Assembly: GCF_003324675.1 (NCBI RefSeq)
Contig: NZ_CP030918.1
Span: 2,520,001 to 2,552,000 of the forward strand
Reading direction: 5' to 3'
Source of the DNA: Paracoccus suum
GTDB taxonomy: Bacteria > Pseudomonadota > Alphaproteobacteria > Rhodobacterales > Rhodobacteraceae
Length of the DNA: 32,000 nucleotides
This document shows, one piece after another, positions 22,828 through 29,726 of this stretch (within the stretch, counting starts at the first letter, position 1; each line of letters begins with the position of its first letter). A model generated the notes under the pieces. It was not told where the DNA came from. It searched no databases and worked only from the letters and a program-made list of their open reading frames with translations. Both the position numbers and the translations under genes were made by a program.

Positions 22828-25159
22828 CGCCGGTGCCGTCGAGGCACAGTTCGCCGACGCCGCCCCGCGCGAATTGACCGTGCGCGAACTCGAGGAGATG
22901 CGCGCCGCCGAGGTGCTTGCCTCGGGGCACATTCCCGAGCCGCATCCCGACGCTGGCAAGATCCGCATCCTTTGGGTCTTTGCCTGGCTGGTTGTGGGCG
23001 GCGAGGAGACCGAGGTACGCCTGCTTGCCCGCAACTTGCCGCGCGATCGCTACCGGATCGAGGTTTTGCCCTGCTTTCGCAAGGAGGGGATGCCTGACCA
23101 GAGCGCCGAACAACTCCGCGCCCTGGGTGTCCATGTGGACACGACCGCCTACAGCCTCGGGTTCGAGGAGACCGTCGATTACCTGCGCCGCAAGCTTGCC
23201 GGTGCGGATGTCGTCATCAGCTCGCAAAACGTGGCCGACATCTATCCCGCGCTCGAACGGCTGGCGATCCGCCCGCCACTGATCGAACATGGCGGCCTCG
23301 TCAGCGAGGCATTGGCGGGCCCAAAGCATTTCACAACCCGCTATGTAGGAGTGTGCGACAGCATCCGCGCCGCGGCGGCGGGCCGAATGAACCCGGCCCA
23401 TGCGCTGGAAATCCCATCGATGATCGACCTGGCCGAGTTCGACCCGGCGTCTCGCGGCTCCGTGCGCGCTGCGCTCGGGATCGGCGATGACCAACTGCTG
23501 ATCGGCTGGGTTGGACGGCTCGACCGCAAGAAGCGGGTCGAGGATTTCATCCGTGCCGCGGCAATCGCCGCTGCACAAGCGCCGCAGGCGCGGTTCGTCG
23601 TCGTGGGCGGTCCCGACGCCTTCATGCCGGAATATGCGGCCGAACTACGCCAGCTTGCGCGCGATCTTGGCCTCGAGGATCGCGTGATCTGGACCGGCGA
23701 CCGGCCCGACGTGCCAGACCTGCTGGCCGCGATGGACGTCTTTTGCTGGCTATCGCGCGGCGAGGGGATGCCGCATGTCATTGCCGAGGCGGGGGCCGCC
23801 GCGCTGCCGGTCATTGCGACCCCTGATAACGGCGCCTGCCAGCAGATCCGCGACGGGCAGACGGGCCTCTTTGTTGCGCACGAGGACCCCACCGCCGTCG
23901 CAACCGCCATGCTGCGGCTGATTGGTGACGCGCCTTTGCGCAAGCGACTGGGGCAGGGACTGCGGTCCCATGTCGAAGCCAGCTATTCGGCCGAGGTCGT
24001 GGTCCCAAAATGGCAGAGCCTGATCGACGAAGTCCTGGCCGCGCGCGCACCCGCGCCCCCCCTCAGCACCTTTGCCAGTTTCATCCTAGGCGGTTGGGAG
24101 GGCTCAACCCACCGACTGCGCGACGGGAGGAGGTTGGACCTGATCGCCTCGACCGGTCACGACAGCCATGCGGTGCAGGACTATCGCCAACTGGCCGGCC
24201 TCGGAATCCGCGCCTGTCGCGATTCTGCGCGCTGGCACCTGATCGAGAAATCCCCCGGTCGCTATGATTTCTCTAGCCTGACGCCGATGATCGAGGCGGC
24301 GCGTGACAGCGGCACCCAGGTCATCTGGGACATGATGCATTACGGCTGGCCGGACGATCTGGACATCTGGCAGCCGGGTTTCGTCACCCGTTTCGCCGCA
24401 TTTGCCCGTGCCTTGGCACTGCATCACCGCGCGCTCACCGACGCTGTGCCGTTCTGGTGCCCGATCAACGAGATCAGCTTCTTTTCCTGGGCAGGGGGCG
24501 ACGCGCGCTACCTCAACCCCTTTGCCGCAGGCCGCGGCTACGAGCTAAAGGTCCAGCTTGCCCGCGCATGGCTGGCCGCCGCCGCCGAAGCGCGGGCCGT
24601 CGACCCGCGTGCGCGTTTGATGCTGGCCGAGCCGATGTTGGGCATTCACCACGTCCATTGGACGGGCCGGCCACTTTATGAGGCGCATGGCCATCACGAC
24701 GCCCAATTCCAGGCGTTTGATCTGATAGCTGGGCGAATCTGGCCGCAGATCGGGGGCGCGCCCGAGTTTCTCGATCTGGTCGGTGTGAATTATTACTTCA
24801 ACAACCAGTGGATCCACGGCGGCAAGCCGATCGATGTGGACGACGTGCTGTATCGCCCGCTGTCAGACCTGCTGTTCGAGGTCGGCGCCCGCTATGATCG
24901 GCCGCTGCTGCTGGCCGAAACCGGCATCGAAGGGCCGCGCCGCGCGGCATGGTTCGACTACGTGACCGCGGAAGTCCCGCGCGCGCGCGCGCGCGGCGTC
25001 CCGGTCGAGGGGATCTGCCTCTATCCCATCGCCGAGCATCACGGCTGGGACGATGACCGCCTGTGTCCGAACGGCTTGCTGGGGCATGATCCGTCACCCG
25101 GCGCCAGGTCGCTGGAGGCGGATTTGGCCCGGCGCGTGCTCGCCGCCGCCCGCCGCTGA
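22820..25159 (+). CDS. fusion protein: N-terminal GT4 glycosyltransferase + C-terminal clan GH-A (GH1-like) glycoside hydrolase domain
   Basis: Start taken at ATG 22820 (MSDAGAVE...), overlapping the upstream stop (ATGAGTGA). GT4 motifs are IGWVGRLDRKKRVEDFIRAA and WLSRGEGMPHVIAEAGAAALPVIAT. The C-terminal ~370 aa form a TIM-barrel-like domain with candidate acid/base WCPINEISF and nucleophile LLLAETGIEG. Confidence 0.8.
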   Translation: MSDAGAVEAQFADAAPRELTVRELEEMRAAEVLASGHIPEPHPDAGKIRILWVFAWLVVGGEETEVRLLARNLPRDRYRIEVLPCFRKEGMPDQSAEQLRALGVHVDTTAYSLGFEETVDYLRRKLAGADVVISSQNVADIYPALERLAIRPPLIEHGGLVSEALAGPKHFTTRYVGVCDSIRAAAAGRMNPAHALEIPSMIDLAEFDPASRGSVRAALGIGDDQLLIGWVGRLDRKKRVEDFIRAAAIAAAQAPQARFVVVGGPDAFMPEYAAELRQLARDLGLEDRVIWTGDRPDVPDLLAAMDVFCWLSRGEGMPHVIAEAGAAALPVIATPDNGACQQIRDGQTGLFVAHEDPTAVATAMLRLIGDAPLRKRLGQGLRSHVEASYSAEVVVPKWQSLIDEVLAARAPAPPLSTFASFILGGWEGSTHRLRDGRRLDLIASTGHDSHAVQDYRQLAGLGIRACRDSARWHLIEKSPGRYDFSSLTPMIEAARDSGTQVIWDMMHYGWPDDLDIWQPGFVTRFAAFARALALHHRALTDAVPFWCPINEISFFSWAGGDARYLNPFAAGRGYELKVQLARAWLAAAAEARAVDPRARLMLAEPMLGIHHVHWTGRPLYEAHGHHDAQFQAFDLIAGRIWPQIGGAPEFLDLVGVNYYFNNQWIHGGKPIDVDDVLYRPLSDLLFEVGARYDRPLLLAETGIEGPRRAAWFDYVTAEVPRARARGVPVEGICLYPIAEHHGWDDDRLCPNGLLGHDPSPGARSLEADLARRVLAAARR

Positions 25160-25294
25160 CCGCATTCAGCACAGGAGGCCGCCGGACTTCCTCCGACCAA
25201 CAACAATTCCCGTGGGAATCGGGAACAAATGCCCGGCAGGCACCGTTCTCACCCCGAAGGCAAAAAGCACTGCCCGATGAAAGGAACGAACGCC

Positions 25295-25720
25295 ATGGCC
25301 ACGAACTATTCGTCCAACGACGCCCGCAACGACATCAAGGACGCGGCTCGCGATACCGCCCGCACGGTCGAGCAGGGCACCAAAGACCTCGCCCATGATG
25401 CCAAGCGCGCGATGGACGACGCCAAGGACAAGGGCGCCGACATGCTTGACCAGGCCAAGGCCAAGGGCGCCGAAGCCGTCGACATAGCCAAGGACAAGCT
25501 CGGCGTTGCCAAGGAAAAGGGCGCAGAGGTCTACGAGCAGGCCCGGGGCGAGGCCCAGCGCCTCTATCGCGCCGGCGAGCAAAAGGCTGGTGAGCTGGCT
25601 GAGCATGCCGAAGACTATTACGACGAGATGTCGGACTACGTGCGCCGCAACCCGGCCGCTGCGCTCGGCATGGCCGCCGGTTTCGGCTTCCTGGTCGGCC
25701 TGATCCTCGCCCGCCGCTGA
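25295..25720 (+). CDS. DUF883 (ElaB/YqjD/YgaM-like) C-tail-anchored membrane stress protein
   Basis: Lys/Asp/Ala-rich helical repeats (AKDKGADMLDQAKAKGAEAVDIAKDKLGVAKEKGAE) and a C-terminal anchor NPAAALGMAAGFGFLVGLILARR. ATG 25295 has AAGGA about 10 nt upstream; ATG 25277 is an alternative. Confidence 0.8.
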   Translation: MATNYSSNDARNDIKDAARDTARTVEQGTKDLAHDAKRAMDDAKDKGADMLDQAKAKGAEAVDIAKDKLGVAKEKGAEVYEQARGEAQRLYRAGEQKAGELAEHAEDYYDEMSDYVRRNPAAALGMAAGFGFLVGLILARR

Positions 25721-25721
25721 G

Positions 25722-26390
25722 ATGTTCGATTACGCGCGCAAAATGCAGCTTGCCGTCCAGGATATGGGACGGCGGGCCGGCCTCAAGGCCGGGGCAGGGG
25801 TCGTTGCCCTGCTCGCCTTGGGGTTTCTGCTGGCTGCACTCTGGACGTTCCTCGCCCGTAACCTCGGGTGGGGTCCGCTCGGCGCCTCGCTGGCTATCGG
25901 CATTCTGTTCTGTGTGATCGCCGGCGTGCTGTGGGCGACCAGTTCGACCCCCAAGCATACCGTCCCCAGCACTGATGAGTTGAAGCGAGAGATCGAGGCC
26001 CGGGTATCGCTGGCCACCGATGTCGCCTTGGACAAAGCCAAGGCCAAGGCTCGTGAGGTTGCCGATCTTGCTGGCAACAAGGCCAACGAGCTGATGGACC
26101 AGGCGGCGCTGAAAGCGAACAGTTTCGTCGATGGCACCGAGGCGAAGGTTCAGCAGTTTACGCGGAACGCCGCGCAGAACGCTGCGGAAAAGGTCGGCCT
26201 TACGCCGCAGTTCTTCAGCGAGGCGCAGGAGATGACCGACCGCGTCGTTCACTCACGCGCGATGCCTGCCGCAGGAGTGATCGGTGCCTTTGCCGTGGGT
26301 CTGACCCTCGCGTCAAAGCTGGCGGGGCGCCGGCGGGACGACGCCTGGGATGATTGGGACGGTGATGACTGGGACGAAGACCGGTACTGA
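25722..26390 (+). CDS. YqjE/holin-X-like membrane protein with extended helical C-terminal region and acidic Trp/Asp tail
   Basis: 222 aa, starting 1 nt after the upstream stop. The N-terminal two-TM hairpin (GVVALLALGFLLAALWTFLA...LAIGILFCVIAGVLWA) resembles DUF1469/YqjE. It is followed by Ala/Lys-rich helices, a third hydrophobic segment and the tail DDAWDDWDGDDWDEDRY. Confidence 0.6.
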   Translation: MFDYARKMQLAVQDMGRRAGLKAGAGVVALLALGFLLAALWTFLARNLGWGPLGASLAIGILFCVIAGVLWATSSTPKHTVPSTDELKREIEARVSLATDVALDKAKAKAREVADLAGNKANELMDQAALKANSFVDGTEAKVQQFTRNAAQNAAEKVGLTPQFFSEAQEMTDRVVHSRAMPAAGVIGAFAVGLTLASKLAGRRRDDAWDDWDGDDWDEDRY

Positions 26391-26396
26391 ACCGCA

Positions 26397-26422
26397 AAAG
26401 GCCGCCCCTTGGGGCGGCCTTT
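26397..26422. terminator. bidirectional rho-independent terminator
   Basis: Perfect palindrome AAAGGCCGCCCC-TT-GGGGCGGCCTTT between convergent genes (stops at 26390 and 26427). Both orientations have a U-rich 3' side. Confidence 0.75.
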
Positions 26423-26426
26423 CAAA

Positions 26427-26810
26427 TCAGCTTCCGGCCATCATTTGCCGCTGGCCAAGGGCACGCGTCGCGATGTCGTAGAGATCGGCATCGGTAAACG
26501 GCGCTGCAAGCGTCAGGAAACCGCGCGCGCGGACGGCCTCATCGGAATCCCAACCGGCGCGAACGACGATCTCAGCGCCCTCGGCCGCCGCCATGCCGGA
26601 CAGGCCGGACTGATCTATCGCGGTAATGCGCTCGCCCGTGATGAATATCCGGCGGTGAAGCGGATCGGGGGGCAGGGCGGCTGCGTCGCACATCTCTGTC
26701 AGGTTGGTAACGGTGCAATTGGGGCAAGCGCCACGCAATCCCTCAGCCATATCAGCCGCGATAAAGCTGTCCTTTTCGATGATGACGAAGTGCAGACTGG
26801 ACATCGGCAT
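26427..26810 (-). CDS. receiver (CheY-like) domain-like protein lacking canonical phospho-acceptor residues
   Basis: 127 aa. HFVIIEKDSFIAADMAEGLR resembles the beta1-alpha1 region and FLTLAAPFTDADLYDI resembles the K-P-F region of receiver domains. The acidic pocket/Asp positions are not conserved. Weak call. Confidence 0.45.
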   Translation of the reverse strand: MPMSSLHFVIIEKDSFIAADMAEGLRGACPNCTVTNLTEMCDAAALPPDPLHRRIFITGERITAIDQSGLSGMAAAEGAEIVVRAGWDSDEAVRARGFLTLAAPFTDADLYDIATRALGQRQMMAGS

Positions 26811-26921
26811 GATAAGACCTCCCAGCCACTTTTCATCCGCTTCAAGTATTTACCATGACTGCCGGATCACTTCCTGAACAGCAGGACCTTATTAACAAAT
26901 GCAACCGAAGGGCGATACCCG

Positions 26922-27281
26922 TCAGGCATTCGCCTCCCGGATCTTGTTGGCCGCGGCCTTGTCAAAGGCAATACCGTCCTTTTCGAGCAACTGGTCCAAC
27001 TCGCCCGACAGGACCATTTCGGTAACGATATCGCAGCCCCCGACGAACTCCCCCTTGATGAAAAGCTGAGGAATTGTCGGCCAGTCCGAGAAATCCTTGA
27101 TACCTTGTCGAACCTGCTCGTCCGACAGAACGTTCACGTCGCGATAGGCGATGCCCATGTAGTTCAGAACGCCCGCGACACGGCTGGAAAAGCCGCATTG
27201 CGGCATTTCGCGCGTGCCCTTCATGAACAGCACGACATCGCTGTCGTCGATGATTTCCTTGATACGGTCCTTGACGTCCAT
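26922..27281 (-). CDS. grxD: Grx4-family monothiol glutaredoxin
   Basis: 119 aa. [17 protein letters not shown] active site, [19 protein letters not shown]. Confidence 0.92.
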   Translation of the reverse strand: MDVKDRIKEIIDDSDVVLFMKGTREMPQCGFSSRVAGVLNYMGIAYRDVNVLSDEQVRQGIKDFSDWPTIPQLFIKGEFVGGCDIVTEMVLSGELDQLLEKDGIAFDKAAANKIREANA

Positions 27282-27326
27282 CAGATCATTCCTCGCGATC
27301 GGGCCACAGGACCCTGATATTTCAGT

Positions 27327-27581
27327 TCAAGCAGGCGCCTTGGTGGTCAGCGCCAAGGCATGCAGCGCGCCGTTCGGCCCGTCCATGCTGCCCTTGAGCG
27401 CCGCATAGACCGCGCGCTGCTGCTGAACGCGGTTCAGGGTGCGAAAGCTCTCGTCGACCACCTCGGCTGCGAAATGGTTACCGTCGCCGGCCAGATCGGT
27501 GATCGTCACCTTGGCTTGCGGAAAGGCCGCCCGGATCAGGTTTTCGATGTCCTGGGCTTCCATCGCCATGGCGCTCTCCAT
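27327..27581 (-). CDS. bolA: BolA/IbaG family protein
   Basis: IENLIRAAFPQAKVTITDLAGDGNHFAAEVVDESFRTLNRVQQQRAVYAAL is a typical BolA core. Lies adjacent to grxD, a conserved pair. The start is ambiguous among ATGs at 27581, 27569 and 27563. Confidence 0.85.
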   Translation of the reverse strand: MESAMAMEAQDIENLIRAAFPQAKVTITDLAGDGNHFAAEVVDESFRTLNRVQQQRAVYAALKGSMDGPNGALHALALTTKAPA

Positions 27582-27786
27582 TTCGTCACAGGTCGATCGA
27601 GATGTAGGGGGGGCGATGCAGGGGCGCAAGTCTGCGCGGCCGCAGGACGTGGCCGGACCAGGGGGGCAAAAGCGTGATAATTGGTATTATGCAAATAACC
27701 GATGTGTGCTGGCGCAGCGAGGCTAACGATTGGCATTCCCGCCCGTGCGCCGCTACCCTGGCGCAAACCTGTAAAGGAGATTGCCC

Positions 27787-28344
27787 ATGGCTGCCACGGC
27801 CCCGGTCTGCGATTTTGGCGCCGCTGCACCGGACTTCACGCTTCCGGATGTCGTGACAGGCGCGCGCGTGACGCTTGCCGATGTAGTTGGTCCGCGCGGA
27901 ACGCTGGTCATGTTCATCTGCAATCACTGTCCGTATGTGCAGGCGATCCTCGACAAGATCATTCGCGACGCGCGCGAGCTCGAGGCGCTGGGCATCGGCG
28001 TTGTGGCCATCAGCGCCAATGATGCGACCGCGTATCCCGAGGATGGGCCTGAGGCGATGGCCGCGCTTGCCCGGTCGCGGGGCTTTCCGTTTCCTTATTT
28101 GCACGACGCCGATCAAACTGTGGCGCGGGCCTACGATGCCGCTTGTACGCCAGATTTTTTTGGTTATAACAAGGGTTTAGAGTTGCAGTACCGCGGACGA
28201 CTCGATGCCTCCGGACGCCAGCCCGTGCCGGCCGATGCCCCAAGGGAGTTGTTCGAGGCGATGCGCCAGATTGCCGACACTGGCCAGGGCCCGCGCCAAC
28301 AAACCGCATCCATCGGCTGCTCGATCAAGTGGCGCGCCGCTTGA
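27787..28344 (+). CDS. thioredoxin-fold (AhpC/TSA-like) family protein
   Basis: APDFTLPDV...GTLVMFICNHCPYV (CxxC) and VVAISANDATAYPEDGPEAM. AAAGGAGA lies 6 nt upstream of ATG 27787. Confidence 0.8.
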   Translation: MAATAPVCDFGAAAPDFTLPDVVTGARVTLADVVGPRGTLVMFICNHCPYVQAILDKIIRDARELEALGIGVVAISANDATAYPEDGPEAMAALARSRGFPFPYLHDADQTVARAYDAACTPDFFGYNKGLELQYRGRLDASGRQPVPADAPRELFEAMRQIADTGQGPRQQTASIGCSIKWRAA

Positions 28345-28397
28345 AAACTCGGCACTGATGGCCGATACCAAAATCTACTTTGCCTGCCGAGAACATC

Positions 28398-29279
28398 ATG
28401 ACCCCCGCGCCCGACGTTACAGGCTTTTTCGACCCGGCCACCAATACGGTCAGCTACATCGTGCGCGACCCGGCCAGCAATCACGCGGCCATTGTCGATT
28501 CCGTCCTCGATTTTGACTACGCCTCGGGCAGCACCGATTTCAGCAGCGCCGACCGCCTGATCTCCGCTGTCGAAGCCGACGACTTGGTCATCGACTGGAT
28601 CCTGGAAACGCATGTCCACGCCGACCACCTGTCGGCAGCGCCTTATCTGCAACAGCGGCTGGGTGGCCGCATCGGCATCGGCGAGCGGATCACGGTCGTC
28701 CAGGACACCTTCGGCAAGATATTCAACGAAGGGACTGAATTTCAACGCGATGGTAGTCAATTCGACCAGCTGTTCTATGAGGGCGACGCGTTCTCGATTG
28801 GCGGCATGACCGGAACCGTGCTTCACACGCCGGGCCACACGCCGGCCTGCCTGACCTACCTGATCGGCGACGCGGCCTTTGTCGGCGATACGCTGTTCAT
28901 GCCCGACTACGGCACCGCGCGCTGCGATTTTCCCGGCGGCTCGGCCGAGGTGCTGTTCGCCTCGATCCAGAAGATCTTTGCGCTGCCGGACGAAACCCGC
29001 ATCTTTGTCGGGCACGACTATCTGCCCGAGGGACGCAGCGAGTTCCGCTGGCAGACGACGGTCGCCGACCAGCGCGCGGCCAACGTCCATGTCGGCGGCG
29101 GCCGCCCCAGGGACGAGTTCGTCGCCATGCGCGACGCCCGGGACGGGACGCTAGCGATGCCGCGACTGATCATTCCGTCCCTTCAGATCAACATGCGCGC
29201 CGGCCAGATGCCCCCGCCCGAGACGGACGGCACCCGTTATCTGAAAGTGCCGCTGAACCGCCTAGGAAAGGACAGCTGA
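28398..29279 (+). CDS. MBL-fold metallo-hydrolase, persulfide dioxygenase (ETHE1/Blh dioxygenase domain)-like
   Basis: ILETHVHADHLSAA (HxHxDH), HTPGHTPACLTYL and GDTLFMPDYGTARCDFPGGS. Start is ATG 28398, or TTG 28380 per the ORF track. Confidence 0.8.
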   Translation: MTPAPDVTGFFDPATNTVSYIVRDPASNHAAIVDSVLDFDYASGSTDFSSADRLISAVEADDLVIDWILETHVHADHLSAAPYLQQRLGGRIGIGERITVVQDTFGKIFNEGTEFQRDGSQFDQLFYEGDAFSIGGMTGTVLHTPGHTPACLTYLIGDAAFVGDTLFMPDYGTARCDFPGGSAEVLFASIQKIFALPDETRIFVGHDYLPEGRSEFRWQTTVADQRAANVHVGGGRPRDEFVAMRDARDGTLAMPRLIIPSLQINMRAGQMPPPETDGTRYLKVPLNRLGKDS

Positions 29280-29719
29280 TGATGCTCCGCCGCCTGTCGG
29301 ATGACGTGACGGTCTCTGACCAGATCACTGTCGAGGACATCCCTGCCCTGAAACAGGCTGGCGTTGCCACGCTGATCATCAACCGTCCCGACAGCGAAGT
29401 CGGTCCCGCCGAGGGCAGCGAGGCCATCAGCCGCGCGGCGCAGGACGCCGGCATGGAGGCGCGCTACATCCCCTTCTGCCCCGGCCAACTCGAGCCACGC
29501 ATGGTCGAGGATTTCGGCGCCGCCCTCGCCCGGCCCGGAAAGGCGCATGCCTATTGTCGCAGCGGAACCCGCTCGACCAATCTCTGGGGACTGTCGCAGG
29601 CGGGCGCGATGCCGACCGATGCCATCATCTCGGCAGCAGCGGCAGCCGGGTATGATCTGTCGCCGATTGCCGGGATGATCGACAGCCTCGCGCGCTCGCG
29701 CGGCGCCGCCCAGGGCTGA
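29279..29719 (+). CDS. DUF442/TIGR01244-type sulfurtransferase-like protein (Blh N-terminal domain homologue)
   Basis: 146 aa. VSDQITVEDIPALKQAGVATLIINRPDSE...AHAYCRSGTRST (Cys P-loop). Start overlaps the upstream stop (TGATG). Confidence 0.75.
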   Translation: MMLRRLSDDVTVSDQITVEDIPALKQAGVATLIINRPDSEVGPAEGSEAISRAAQDAGMEARYIPFCPGQLEPRMVEDFGAALARPGKAHAYCRSGTRSTNLWGLSQAGAMPTDAIISAAAAAGYDLSPIAGMIDSLARSRGAAQG

Positions 29720-29726
29720 CGCGCCG

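Noticed and set aside
25160-25228. Palindrome ATTCCC-GT-GGGAAT (25206-25219) and GGAGG...CCTCC hairpin as the terminator of the glycan operon.
   Set aside because: Short stems with no following T-run. Evidence is insufficient to call a terminator.
27675-27693. Fur box at TGATAATTGGTATTATGCA.
   Set aside because: Only the outer GATAAT/ATTAT half-sites resemble the 19-bp Fur consensus. The spacing is 4 nt rather than the 7 nt between the outer GATAAT and ATTATC hexamers of the consensus. It is reported only as a generic inverted repeat.
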